DNA of 64,000 nucleotides from Spirochaetia bacterium. GTDB taxonomy: Bacteria; Spirochaetota; Spirochaetia; SZUA-6; Bin103. The position numbers and the translations under genes were made by a program. Below the pieces are notes generated by a model, which made no database searches, was not told the DNA's origin, and saw only the letters and a program-made list of their open reading frames with translations. The DNA lies in NCBI GenBank assembly GCA_965203905.1, contig CBDBDQ010000005.1, forward strand, positions 3,712,001 through 3,776,000. Direction: 5' to 3'. Shown piece after piece: positions 1-9,578 of this stretch (position 1 is the first letter of the stretch; each line of letters starts with the position of its first letter).

Positions 1-697
1 CGATGAAGCGCTGCACCCGGCCCGGCTGCACGCGGCCGGCCTGGTCCACGAACAGGCGCAGCGACAGCGGCTGCCAGCGGTTGGGGTCCGCCAGCTCGCC
101 GACGCCGGAGTTGGCCACCACCAGCGGCGGGTTCACCGGCCGGTAGTCGAACTCGAAGGCGTAGGAGCCCAGCTCGTCGGCGCCGTCGTCATAGCCCTGG
201 TCGAGGATCAGCTTGGCGATGCGGTTGCCCACCGCGGCGGGACTGTTGCCCTCGCGCTCGGTGACCCGGTAGTCGTAGCCGAGCTCGATCAGCAGGTCGT
301 CGAAGCTGGGCAGGGAGACGTAGGCGCCGGGCGAGATCTGGTAGCGGCGGTAGAGCACGCGGTAGGCGGCGTAGCTGATCGCCTCGTGGCGCGCCGCGGC
401 CACGTCGTCGGCCTGGATCCGTTCCTTGAGGAAGATCGGCTCGGCGGTGTCGTCGTAGACCGCCCATGCGTCCCACATCGCCGCCGCCACGTGGTACAGG
501 TTGCGCGCGTGGATCGGCGGGCGCGCGAAGTCGTTGCGAATCGCCTTCAGCATCAGCTCGTTCCACTGCCGGGCCACCGAGTGCGGCTGCGGCTCGGCGC
601 AGACGCCCGCCGCCACCAGCGCCAGCACTGCGCAAACAGCCAGCCGCCGCAGCCCGCTCCGGCCGCCGCAGCGTCCCCTCTCGTGCGCGATCATCAT
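1..697 (-). CDS. Secreted vanadium-dependent haloperoxidase-like (DUF6851/PAP2-type) protein, N-terminal part, runs off the window edge
   Basis: Not in the ORF track. Manual translation from ATG at 697 gives a signal-like segment LAVCAVLALVAAGVCA, then HSVARQWNELMLKAIRNDFARPPIHARNLYHVAAAMWDAW, ...HEAISYAAYRVL..., ...SPAAVGNRIA... and ...YRPVNPPL..DPNRWQPLSL, typical of this family's N-terminus. The catalytic C-terminus is outside the window. Confidence 0.75.
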   Translation of the reverse strand, partial: MMIAHERGRCGGRSGLRRLAVCAVLALVAAGVCAEPQPHSVARQWNELMLKAIRNDFARPPIHARNLYHVAAAMWDAWAVYDDTAEPIFLKERIQADDVAAARHEAISYAAYRVLYRRYQISPGAYVSLPSFDDLLIELGYDYRVTEREGNSPAAVGNRIAKLILDQGYDDGADELGSYAFEFDYRPVNPPLVVANSGVGELADPNRWQPLSLRLFVDQAGRVQPGRVQRFI

Positions 698-758
698 TTC
701 CGTTGCCCCTGCACGCTTCAGTCGCGAAGCGCAAGAGTGGCGCAGTCGCTCCCCGCTG

Positions 759-2243
759 TCAATCCGAGGCGGCGCGGGGGCGCGGGGCGCGGCCGCCACG
801 GCCGGCCCGGCTGCCCCAGTGCGCCGGCAAAGAGAGACGTACGGTGGTCCCCTGGCCGAGTCCGGCGCTGTGCGCCTCGACCGTGCCGGCGTGCGCGGTG
901 ACTATGGCGTGCGCGATGGCCAGTCCCAGCCCTGCGCCGCCGGTGCGGCGGCTGCGCGACTCGTCGGCGCGGTACAGGCGGTCGAACAGGTGGGGCAGGT
1001 CGGCCGCGGCGATTCCGGCGCCGTCGTCGGACACCGCAATCGCCACCCTCTCACCGGCTTCCAGGTCAGCCGTCACCGTAATCCGGCCGCCCGTGCCGGT
1101 ATGCTGCAGCGCGTTGTGCAGCACGTTGCCGAGCGCCTGGCTGATCCGCATGCGGTCGAGCTCGACGTCCGGCAGTCCGGGCCGCATCTGCAGCGACAGG
1201 CCGATCCGGCGCATCCGCGCCTGCGGCTGCCAGCGCCGCACCTCGGCGCCGAGCAGGTCGGACACCGAGCACGACTCCCGGCTGAGCCGCAGCTCGCCGG
1301 AATCGGTCTCCGCCAGCCAGTTCAGGTCGCGCACCAGGTTGCGCAGCATCGTCACTTCCTCGATGATCCGCTCCGCCGCTTGCTCCGGCTCCTGCAACCC
1401 GTCGCGCAGTCCTTGTGCTTCCAGTCGGATGACGCTCAGCGGGGTGTTCAGCTCGTGCGCCAGGTCGTCGATCAGGCGCCGGCGCAGATCGCGCTGGGTC
1501 TGCAGGGCATTCGTCATGCGATTGAACGCCGTGCTCATCTTTCCCAATTCGTCGTCAGAGGTGACCGGAAGGAGGGCGCTGTCGCCGCGCTGCGCGATGC
1601 TGCCGGCGGCTTCGGTCAGACGCCTGACCGGGGCGGTGATGCGGCGCGAGAGCCAGGCCGCCACGGCCAGCGCCGCCGCGGCGACCAGTACCCCGCCCAG
1701 CGCCGTCGTGGTCAGAATGCGGCGCAGGAGTCCGTGCGATTCGGTCCCAAGGAACGCCCGTTCCACGTCCACGTAGACGTCACCGACCCGGCGGCCGGTC
1801 TCCCCGTCGGTCACGGCGACGCGCTCTCCGCCGAGCTCCGGCGCGGGAGCCCCCGGTCTCAGCTCGGACAGGTTGTCATGGATGGTCCGGCCGGCGCCGT
1901 CGACCACGACGATCCTGACGCGCTCGACGTGGAACGTCTCGGAGCCACCGTGCTCTTCCCGCTCCCCCCGACCCTCGTGTTCCTCCCCCTCGTCGGCGTA
2001 GCGATAGCCCGCGTCGGCGAGTACCTGTTCGACACTCCGCCAACCGCCTGCATTGCCGTAGGCGCGGCTCAGGCTGTACGCCACATTGTCCGCCTCGACG
2101 GCGATGAGCTGCGCGACGAACCCGTCCATCTGCCGCTCGGTGACGTAGTACCCGACTCCCACGGCCAGCACCACGGCGAGGACCACGATCAGCGCGAACG
2201 CTTGCAGGACGCGGCCGTGCAACGACGGGACGAGAACGCTCAC
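759..2243 (-). CDS. Two-component sensor histidine kinase (BaeS-like; HAMP-HisKA-HATPase)
   Basis: Two TM segments, HAMP, H-box DLAHELNTPL, N-box NVLHNALQH, G-boxes DDGAGI and GAGLGLAI. Confidence 0.95.
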   Translation of the reverse strand: MSVLVPSLHGRVLQAFALIVVLAVVLAVGVGYYVTERQMDGFVAQLIAVEADNVAYSLSRAYGNAGGWRSVEQVLADAGYRYADEGEEHEGRGEREEHGGSETFHVERVRIVVVDGAGRTIHDNLSELRPGAPAPELGGERVAVTDGETGRRVGDVYVDVERAFLGTESHGLLRRILTTTALGGVLVAAAALAVAAWLSRRITAPVRRLTEAAGSIAQRGDSALLPVTSDDELGKMSTAFNRMTNALQTQRDLRRRLIDDLAHELNTPLSVIRLEAQGLRDGLQEPEQAAERIIEEVTMLRNLVRDLNWLAETDSGELRLSRESCSVSDLLGAEVRRWQPQARMRRIGLSLQMRPGLPDVELDRMRISQALGNVLHNALQHTGTGGRITVTADLEAGERVAIAVSDDGAGIAAADLPHLFDRLYRADESRSRRTGGAGLGLAIAHAIVTAHAGTVEAHSAGLGQGTTVRLSLPAHWGSRAGRGGRAPRPRAASD

Positions 2244-2920
2244 GAGTCCTCCGGGACGAACCGATAGCCGAGGCCGTACACCGTCCGGATCGGCTGCTTG
2301 CCGCCGCTGCCGATCAGCCTGCGCAGCCGCAGCACGTGGTTGTCGATCGCGCGCTCGTACGCGTCGAAATCGTCGTCGAAGGCCAGCGCGATGAGTTGCT
2401 CGCGGGTGAGCACCTGGTTCGGATGGCGCATGAACGCGGAGAGCAGCGCGAACTGCGCCCGGCTCAGGTGAACCGGACGCTCATCGACGGTCACCTGCCG
2501 CGTCGCGGCGTCGAGCGTGATGGCGCCGCACGTCACGACCTGCGGCACCTCTTCCTCGACCCGCCGCAGCACCGCCCTGGCGCGCGCTACCACCTCCTCG
2601 GGGTCGAACGGCTTGACCACGTAGTCGTCGGCCCCTCGGTCCAGCCCCGCGATACGGTCGGCATGGGATTCCTTGGCCGTGAGCATGATGATCGGCACGG
2701 TCGATTCGCGGCGCAGGATGCGGCACACCTGCATCCCGTCGAGCCCCGGGAGCATAAGGTCGAGCACGACCAGGTGAGGCCGGCGCGAGCGGGCGAGGGC
2801 GAGACCGGTGCGGCCGTCACCGGCGACTGCGGTGCCGAACCCCGCGCGCTCGAAGTGGACCTTCAGCCAATGCGCGATCCGCGGCTCGTCCTCGACGATC
2901 AGGATCGTGCGACTCGTCAT
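2240..2920 (-). CDS. OmpR-family response regulator
   Basis: ILIVEDE, LDLMLPGLDG, GADDYVVKPF, winged-helix end IRTVYGLGY; ATG at 2920 after GGAGG; stop overlaps the kinase start. Confidence 0.95.
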   Translation of the reverse strand: MTSRTILIVEDEPRIAHWLKVHFERAGFGTAVAGDGRTGLALARSRRPHLVVLDLMLPGLDGMQVCRILRRESTVPIIMLTAKESHADRIAGLDRGADDYVVKPFDPEEVVARARAVLRRVEEEVPQVVTCGAITLDAATRQVTVDERPVHLSRAQFALLSAFMRHPNQVLTREQLIALAFDDDFDAYERAIDNHVLRLRRLIGSGGKQPIRTVYGLGYRFVPEDS

Positions 2921-3002
2921 CACGCCTCCCCGGAGCAAGATACCGGCGCGGCGCCACGATGAGCATGGCCACCGCGCACCGGCGCGGTTACCTCAAGCGG
3001 GC

Positions 3003-3530
3003 TCAGCCGCCGTGCTCGCCACGGCTTTCGCGGCCCGAGCCGTGCTCGCCGCCTGCGCCGCCTGCGCCGCCCGAACCGTGTTCGCCGCCGCCTTCACCGC
3101 GTGCGCCGTGTCCGGGACCCACTTCCGCGTGGGCGGTCCAGCCGGTGAACGCCGTGGCGGTCGCAGCCAGCCTCACCTCGAGCGTGTCCCCGGGTGCCAG
3201 GTCGACCGGCGTCGTGGGACCGAGTTCCGTGCCGTTGGACAGGTGCACCTCCACCCGCACCAGCCGCAGGGTGCCGCCGGTGGCATTTCGCACCGTGCCG
3301 ACGAAGGCGTTGGCCTCCGCGTCGTAGCGCAGGATGAGATGCGCACCGTTGCGCACCACGTCGTAGGTCCGGTCCAGTGCAAGGACGGTGCCGGACTCTT
3401 CACCTTCGGCTCCGTGCTCGCCCCCTCTCTCATCCGTGATGCCGGCACAGCCGCCGGCCACGGCCGCCCCCATGAAGCCGATCAGCAGCGCCGGCAGGAG
3501 CCTATTCCTCATGGAACGATTGTTGATCAT
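3003..3530 (-). CDS. Exported lipoprotein with Ig-like core and Gly/Glu/His-rich GEHG tails
   Basis: ATG 3530 after GAGGAGG; lipobox-like AVAGGC; beta-rich core FVGTVRNATGGTLRLVRVEVHLSNGTELGPT; four GEHG motifs. Confidence 0.7.
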   Translation of the reverse strand: MINNRSMRNRLLPALLIGFMGAAVAGGCAGITDERGGEHGAEGEESGTVLALDRTYDVVRNGAHLILRYDAEANAFVGTVRNATGGTLRLVRVEVHLSNGTELGPTTPVDLAPGDTLEVRLAATATAFTGWTAHAEVGPGHGARGEGGGEHGSGGAGGAGGEHGSGRESRGEHGG

Positions 3531-3699
3531 CGTTTCCTCCTCGTCACGGAGGGTAGTGGAGCAATGTCTCAGGAATGTCGCATTCGTCCCGACGTCTTGG
3601 GACCGAACCGGCATCTCCGGCGTTCTCGCCCCCGGCACCGGGCGCACCGTCATGACTCCTGCTCTACGGCAGGATCCTGGTGTATGTTTGTTGACGGTC

Positions 3700-4131
3700 G
3701 TGGAAGGTAGCAAATTGGACACCGCCTATCTGACCCGCTGTGTCGCCACTCTGGAGCATGCGTTTGGAGAACTCGGGCGCCACGATCCCGAGGAGATCCT
3801 CTACGACATCTACCGCGCGGCCTGCGTCAAAGAGTTCGAGTTGGTGTTGGAGCAGAGCGGCAAGCTTCTCAGGAAGCGCCTGCGTCCCTGGTTCGCCAGC
3901 AACCGGCAGGCCGACCGGCTCACGTTCAAGGACGTGTTCCGCCACGCAGCGAAGCACAGCTTGATTGCGGCCGACGCCTGCGAGCGCTGGCTGGAGTACC
4001 GCGACAATCGCAACGATACCGCTCACGACTACGGTGCCGGCTTTGCGGAAGCGACTCTGGAACTGCTGCCGTCCTTCATCGCCGACGCCAAGAGACTGGC
4101 CGCCGTGATCGGAGGGCCGACCGATGGCTGA
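3700..4131 (+). CDS. HEPN-domain toxin (HI0074 / nucleotidyltransferase substrate-binding family)
   Basis: ACVKEFELVLEQSGKLLRK and HEPN RxxxxH motif RNDTAHDY; start (GTG 3700) uncertain; overlaps the downstream MNT gene. Confidence 0.85.
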   Translation: MEGSKLDTAYLTRCVATLEHAFGELGRHDPEEILYDIYRAACVKEFELVLEQSGKLLRKRLRPWFASNRQADRLTFKDVFRHAAKHSLIAADACERWLEYRDNRNDTAHDYGAGFAEATLELLPSFIADAKRLAAVIGGPTDG

Positions 4132-4456
4132 CTCTCCCGCCAAGTCACAGCCGGCGCTCAGGTTGCACTTGGCGGCGCGCCATCGAGAGATCGTCAAGGC
4201 GTTGCTGAACCAACACTTGCCGGATGTCGCAGTGTGGGCCTACGGCAGCCGTGTCAACGGCCGCAGCCACGACGGCAGTGACCTGGATATCGTGCTGCGA
4301 AGCCCCGGCCTCAGCAAGATCGATGCGGTGCGGCTGGCGGACCTGGAGGAAGGGTTGCGCGACTCCAGGCTGCCGTTCCTGGTGGAAGTGCACGACTGGG
4401 CCAGGCTGCCGGAGAGCTTCCACCGGGAGATCGAGCGGGAATACTTCGTGTTGTGA
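4124..4456 (+). CDS. Minimal nucleotidyltransferase (MNT) antitoxin
   Basis: GS-x10-DxD motif YGSRVNGRSHDGSDLD; 110 aa; paired with the HEPN gene. Confidence 0.9.
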   Translation: MADSPAKSQPALRLHLAARHREIVKALLNQHLPDVAVWAYGSRVNGRSHDGSDLDIVLRSPGLSKIDAVRLADLEEGLRDSRLPFLVEVHDWARLPESFHREIEREYFVL

Positions 4457-4491
4457 CTCGAGTACCCGCGTGATGCGACGCGGCGGCCGGC

Positions 4492-6282
4492 ATGACGCAA
4501 CTTCGAGAGGGCGGCATGGTGCGCTTTTCGCGCGGGCTGGTGGGCTGCCGGCCGCTGCTGTTCCTGGCCAACCTGCTCGCCTGGAGCGCTTCGCACATGG
4601 TGCCGCTGCTGCCCGGCTACCTGACCAAGGTGTACTACGACGGGCTGGCCGGAGACGCGCCGATGACCATTACCCCGGTCTCGATCCTGGTGCTGCTGGC
4701 GGTGGTCGGAATCACGCACGGGCTGTTCGGCGTCGGCGCACAGTGGCTGTGGGGCGACCTGTGGACGCGCGTGACCGGGCTGGTGCGGCTCAATGTGCTG
4801 CGCCTGATCGCGGAGCGGCCGGCCGCCCTGGCTACGCCGCGCAGCTCCAGCGAGACGGTGAGCCGGGTACGCGACGACGTCGAGGAAGGGTGCGCACCAC
4901 TTGAAGAGCTGATCGACGGCGCGGGCGTGATCGGCTTCGCCGCCGGTGCGATCGTCATCATGGCGACCATCGACTGGGCGATCACCTGCGTCGTGACACT
5001 TCCGATCGTGCTGTCGGCTCTGGTCGTGGAGGCGGTCAGGACGCGCGTGATGGCGCTGCGCCGCGCCTCCCGCGGCGCCGGTGCCGACGTGGCGGAGTTC
5101 ATCGGCGAGGTGTTCAGCTCGTTCGTGACCTTCAAGCTGGCGCCGGACGTCGACGGCTGGGCGCGGCGCCTGGAGCGGCTGAACCACCGGCGGCGGCGCG
5201 CGGCGCTGCGGGAGAAGGTCCTGGCGCAGGTGCTGGAAGGCGTGTCGGACGGTACCGCGGTGGTGTGCATCTCCCTGCTGCTGTTCCACCTCAGTTTCAC
5301 GGGAGACCGTGGCCTGACGGTGGGCGAATTCGTGCTGTTCGTGACCTACCTGGACCGGGTGGCGGACTACGCCCAGTGGATGATCGGCATACTGGTCAAC
5401 GTACGCCGCGCCAAGGTCTCGGTGGGGCGCCTGCAGCAGGTCGTGCCGGACAGTGCGGGGGCTGCCGAGCTGACCCGCCGCGATGCCGTGGGCGCGGCCG
5501 AGCGTGCCACCGACCCCGGCCGCACTGCTCCGCTGGAGCGGCTGGAGCTGCGCGCGGGCACCTACCTGTATCCGACCGGCGAGGGCGGCATACGGGACCT
5601 CGATCTGGTTCTTGAGCGTGGCTCGTTCACCGTGATCACCGGTCGCATCGGCGCCGGCAAGACCACGCTGCTCAAGGTGCTGCTGGGGTCGCTTCCCCTG
5701 CAGGACGGCGAGCTGCTGTGGAACGGCGTCCCGATCGCGCGGCCGGACCGCTTCATGACGCCGCCGCGGGTGGCCTACACCCCGCAGATTCCCCGGCTGT
5801 TCAGCGATACGATCGCCGGCAACGTCTCGCTGGGGGCGCCGCTGGCGCGCGACTCGCTGGCCGCTGCAGTCCATGATGCGGTGCTGGAGTCCGACCTGGA
5901 GACCATGGGCGCGGGGTTGCAGACCCGGGTCGGCCCACGCGGGCTGCGCCTCTCGGGCGGCCAGGTGCAGCGGGTAGCCATCGCGCGCATGCTGGTTCGG
6001 GGAGCGCAGCTCCTGGTGATTGACGATCTGTCGAGCGCCCTGGACCTGAAGACCGAGCGGCTGCTGTGGGACCGGGTGCTGGGCCGGATGCGCGGTGTCC
6101 GTCCCACCTGCCTGGTGGTGTCGCATCGCCGCCGCGTGCTGCGCCACGCCGACCGCATCGTGCTGCTGCAGCGGGGCCGGGTGGCAGCGGCCGGGAGCCT
6201 GGAGGCGCTGCTGGCCACCAGCGCGGAAATGCGCCACGTGTGGCAAGCCGGTGATGACGACCGGGAGGCGGGACCGGCGTGA
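4492..6282 (+). CDS. ABC exporter subunit (fused TMD-NBD), heterodimer chain A
   Basis: TM domain, Walker A GRIGAGKT, signature LSGGQ, degenerate Walker [10 protein letters not shown]. Confidence 0.93.
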   Translation: MTQLREGGMVRFSRGLVGCRPLLFLANLLAWSASHMVPLLPGYLTKVYYDGLAGDAPMTITPVSILVLLAVVGITHGLFGVGAQWLWGDLWTRVTGLVRLNVLRLIAERPAALATPRSSSETVSRVRDDVEEGCAPLEELIDGAGVIGFAAGAIVIMATIDWAITCVVTLPIVLSALVVEAVRTRVMALRRASRGAGADVAEFIGEVFSSFVTFKLAPDVDGWARRLERLNHRRRRAALREKVLAQVLEGVSDGTAVVCISLLLFHLSFTGDRGLTVGEFVLFVTYLDRVADYAQWMIGILVNVRRAKVSVGRLQQVVPDSAGAAELTRRDAVGAAERATDPGRTAPLERLELRAGTYLYPTGEGGIRDLDLVLERGSFTVITGRIGAGKTTLLKVLLGSLPLQDGELLWNGVPIARPDRFMTPPRVAYTPQIPRLFSDTIAGNVSLGAPLARDSLAAAVHDAVLESDLETMGAGLQTRVGPRGLRLSGGQVQRVAIARMLVRGAQLLVIDDLSSALDLKTERLLWDRVLGRMRGVRPTCLVVSHRRRVLRHADRIVLLQRGRVAAAGSLEALLATSAEMRHVWQAGDDDREAGPA

Positions 6283-8021
6283 AGCCTTCGTTCACGCTCT
6301 ACCGGCGCTTTATCACCCGCTACCTTGCCCACTGCCGGGGGCAGGTCGCGCTGCTCGCGGCCATGCTGCTGGCGCACACCGTGGCCAGTGTGTATGCCCC
6401 GCAACTGCTGCGCGGCTTCATCGACGGCGTGATGGCGCACCGTGCCACGGAGCAGTTGGCGGCGGTCGCGGCCCTGTTCCTGGCGGTAGCGGCGGGACGG
6501 CAGGTCAGCCGCGGCCTCGCCGCGTATCTCAGTGAGAGCGTGGCCTGGAGCGCCACCAACCGGCTGCGCAGCGACCTGCTGCGCCACACCGTGGGGCTCG
6601 ATTTGAGCTTCGTCAACCGCCATGCGCCGGGGGTCATGCTGGAGCGGATCGACGGCGACAGCAATCAGCTTGCCACCTTTTTCTCGCAGTTTTCGCTGCG
6701 CCTGCTGCGCGGCGTCCTGCTGCTGGCGGGGATCCTGGTGGCGCTCCTGATAGAAGACTGGCGGCTGTGCCTGGCGCTGCTGGGATTCGTGGCGGCGGTC
6801 ACCTTCATCCTGGTGAAGCTGCGCAGCTTCGGCGTGCCCTACCACGAACGCCTGCGCGAGGCGGCGGCCAATCTGCACGGCTTCGTGGAGGAGCGCCTGG
6901 CCGGAATCGAGGACCTCAAGGCTCTCGGCGGCCTGGTGCACGCGCTGCGGCGGATGGCGTCGCTGATCGCCGTCCAGGTGCGGCGCGCCCGGCGCGCTTA
7001 CAGCCTGGGCACCCTGGTGTGGCCGGTGGTGAACGTGGTGATGGGCATCGGCAGCGGGCTGATTCTCGCCTGGGGCGGCGTGCTGGTGCTGCGCGGGGAG
7101 ATGACCATCGGCACCGTGTACTTGCTGTTCAGCTACCTCAGCCTGATGTTCTGGCCGTTCGAGGACCTGGCGGACCAGATGGAAGAGCTGCAGAAGGCGG
7201 GCGGCAGCCTGGTGCGCATCCAGCGGCTGTTCGATACCCGCGGCTCGCTGCGCGACGGCACCCACCGCATGCTCCCACCGCGCCCGGTCAGCATCGCATT
7301 CGAGAACGTAGGCTTCCGCTATCCCCACGCCGACGCCACGGATGAAGTGCTCCGCGAACTCTCGTTCCGCATCGAGGGAGGACGGTCCCTGGGAATTCTC
7401 GGCCGCACCGGGAGCGGCAAGACCACGGTGACGCGGCTGTTGGCACGGCTGTACGATCCGAGCATCGGCCGTATCACGCTGAACGGCATGGACCTGCGGC
7501 AATACCGGCTGTCGGCCCTGCGCGCCGAGATCTCCGTGGTGACCCAGGAGGTGCAGTTCTTCCGCGGCTCCATCCGCGACAACCTGTGCCTGTTCGATCC
7601 CACGATCGACGATCGACGCCTGGAGGCTGCCTTCGAGCGGCTCGGTCTGCTGCCGTGGCTCGCGCAACAGCAGGCCGGGCTGGACACCGTCATCAGCAGT
7701 ACGCAGCTCGCCCTGTCCGCGGGCGAGGCGCAGCGTCTGGCACTGGCGCGGGCGTTCCTGCGCGATCCCGCCGTCGTGGTCCTGGACGAGGCGGCCGCGC
7801 GGCTCGATCCCGTGACCGAGCGCGACGTGGAACGCGCCCTCGCGGCTCTGCTTGAGGGCCGCACCGGGGTGGTGATCGCGCACCGTCTGCGCTCGGTGGA
7901 GAAGGTCGATGACATCCTGATCCTGGAGGGCGGCAGGATCGCGGAGCACGGGCCACGCCAGGCGCTACTGGACGATCCCCGCTCGCGGCTCACCGGGCTG
8001 CTCGCAACGGGAGCCGCCTGA
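6279..8021 (+). CDS. ABC exporter subunit (fused TMD-NBD), heterodimer chain B
   Basis: Walker A GRTGSGKT, degenerate signature LSAGE, Walker [15 protein letters not shown]; GTGA overlap with the upstream gene. Confidence 0.93.
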   Translation: MKPSFTLYRRFITRYLAHCRGQVALLAAMLLAHTVASVYAPQLLRGFIDGVMAHRATEQLAAVAALFLAVAAGRQVSRGLAAYLSESVAWSATNRLRSDLLRHTVGLDLSFVNRHAPGVMLERIDGDSNQLATFFSQFSLRLLRGVLLLAGILVALLIEDWRLCLALLGFVAAVTFILVKLRSFGVPYHERLREAAANLHGFVEERLAGIEDLKALGGLVHALRRMASLIAVQVRRARRAYSLGTLVWPVVNVVMGIGSGLILAWGGVLVLRGEMTIGTVYLLFSYLSLMFWPFEDLADQMEELQKAGGSLVRIQRLFDTRGSLRDGTHRMLPPRPVSIAFENVGFRYPHADATDEVLRELSFRIEGGRSLGILGRTGSGKTTVTRLLARLYDPSIGRITLNGMDLRQYRLSALRAEISVVTQEVQFFRGSIRDNLCLFDPTIDDRRLEAAFERLGLLPWLAQQQAGLDTVISSTQLALSAGEAQRLALARAFLRDPAVVVLDEAAARLDPVTERDVERALAALLEGRTGVVIAHRLRSVEKVDDILILEGGRIAEHGPRQALLDDPRSRLTGLLATGAA

Positions 8022-8247
8022 CGCCGGCCACGTAGACCGGCCCTAACCCGGAAGCAACTGGACGATACGCTGCGCGGCGGCCTGCGGGCTGAGCCCGGTG
8101 GTATCGAGCACCAGATCGGGAACCAAGGCGTCCGGCCTGCGGAAGTGACCGCCGGGCAGGCCGCACAGCACCAGCAGGGTCACGTCAACGGCTCCCAAGC
8201 GGCTTCCAGCGTTGGACGATAGCGCCAGTTCCACTGCAAGGCGAGTC

Positions 8248-8532
8248 TTAGGCCTGCGTGTGACCGAGCCGGTATTTGAGCTCAAAGTCATCTCGACTCA
8301 TTGAACAGTCCACCAAAGACTTGAACTCCCGATTCGATAAACCGCACTGGCGAGCCATCGTGCTTTGCATCGCAGGTTTCAGGTCCTTCGGTCTCGACCC
8401 TCGACTGAGCTTGGTCCGGATGCTAGTCTTTCGGTCGTCGGAATCGTGATAGATCAGAAACACATGGTCACCACCATGCTTCTCCCGAAATCCTTTGTTC
8501 GTGAGAGAGGCTTTGACCCTCCTCACTGGCAC
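8248..8532 (-). CDS. HicA-like small basic toxin candidate
   Basis: 94 aa basic protein: LTNKGFREKHGGDHVFLIY...TKLSRGS...MARQCGLSNREF; the GF..G.H pattern matches HicA-like proteins; low-GC insert. Confidence 0.65.
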   Translation of the reverse strand: MPVRRVKASLTNKGFREKHGGDHVFLIYHDSDDRKTSIRTKLSRGSRPKDLKPAMQSTMARQCGLSNREFKSLVDCSMSRDDFELKYRLGHTQA

Positions 8533-9035
8533 TCAATCACCTCGAAGTCTCGGAGCATTCGTTGCTTGATCTGGCGTGCATCCTCGGTCAGGTTTGCGTC
8601 GTTTGCCAATGCATACTCTTGCCATAAGAGTACGCACATTGCGTTGGCCGTGCTGATGAGTTCTTGATAATTTTCGGCCAGGTCAACGAAGCTGATGTCT
8701 GGTGCAGACCAGTGCAAACCGTCGGTGTCCCACTCTACTTTCGCAAGCAGAGGTCTCTTGCGGCGCAGACAACTACCGTCTCCGAGGTTTATCGAGTCCT
8801 GCAACTCAATCTCGAACCGCAATACTTCTGGAGGTTTCTTCAGCTGATAGAGTCGTTCGATATACCTGAGGATCGCGTCCCTGAATTTGGCCTCCGATGG
8901 ATGCTCTGTAGGAGACATAATCTGGACCTCAACATTTCCCCACCGTACTACATGGTGCCACCTGTGGCCGTCTCTGTCAGCCTTTACGCTGCGTGGCTCG
9001 ATGGCCTCAGTCGGAAGGACTCCAAGAAGGTTCAT
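8523..9035 (-). CDS. Hypothetical protein with C-terminal HicB-like (partial RNase H fold) region
   Basis: C-terminal VEWDTDGLHWSAPDISFVDLAENYQELISTANAMCVLLWQEYA resembles the beta-beta-beta-alpha HicB N-domain; overlaps both neighbours. Confidence 0.5.
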   Translation of the reverse strand: MNLLGVLPTEAIEPRSVKADRDGHRWHHVVRWGNVEVQIMSPTEHPSEAKFRDAILRYIERLYQLKKPPEVLRFEIELQDSINLGDGSCLRRKRPLLAKVEWDTDGLHWSAPDISFVDLAENYQELISTANAMCVLLWQEYALANDANLTEDARQIKQRMLRDFEVIECQ

Positions 9036-9466
9036 CCTTTCGTTTCATCCGAAACCATGCGACCCTCATAATCAAACTGAAACCCAATGTCCAGCAGGGC
9101 GTTCTGAGTCTCATCTATGTCAGAATCCGGCAAGTAGTATTGCTGCGGCCCCCCAGGTATTCCACTCACGTATCCTATCTGATCGGCCGCTGTTCGCAGC
9201 AGGGTGACGGGCGGTACGCTCAGCAGCGTAATGGTAACGGCTGACAGTCCAACATCGATGTTCGGTGTGAACGGCTTGAAACCACGGGACCTGAGCACAC
9301 GGTGAACGTCGCCGGGCGACCACGTGAATGGGGCATCGTAAGATCGGTGACTGTGACGGTCATCCAAATCTAACACAACGGTTAACGTCGGCTTGGGTGG
9401 GGAGCCCATCTCGGTCCTCCGGTCGGCCACCTGGTCATGGTGTGTGGTGGTTCCGCCGACCCACAT
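9032..9466 (-). CDS. Hypothetical protein, first gene of the low-GC three-gene cassette
   Basis: Stop overlaps the next start (ATGA); the real start may be the ATG at 9409; no recognised motif. Confidence 0.5.
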   Translation of the reverse strand: MWVGGTTTHHDQVADRRTEMGSPPKPTLTVVLDLDDRHSHRSYDAPFTWSPGDVHRVLRSRGFKPFTPNIDVGLSAVTITLLSVPPVTLLRTAADQIGYVSGIPGGPQQYYLPDSDIDETQNALLDIGFQFDYEGRMVSDETKG

Positions 9467-9578
9467 CAGAGACTATACTTGATGTCGCCGAAGAACAACA
9501 ACATCAGGAATCCATCCATAGTGATGAGCTTCCTGACAGAGGTTGAGTACGGCTGGGTTTGGCGGCAGAGTACGCGCC

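Noticed and set aside
8043-8200. Small ORF ending PDLVLDTTGLSPQAAAQRIVQLLPG
   Set aside because: Resembles a kinase-like C-terminal tail but has no credible start; at most a remnant at the insert junction.
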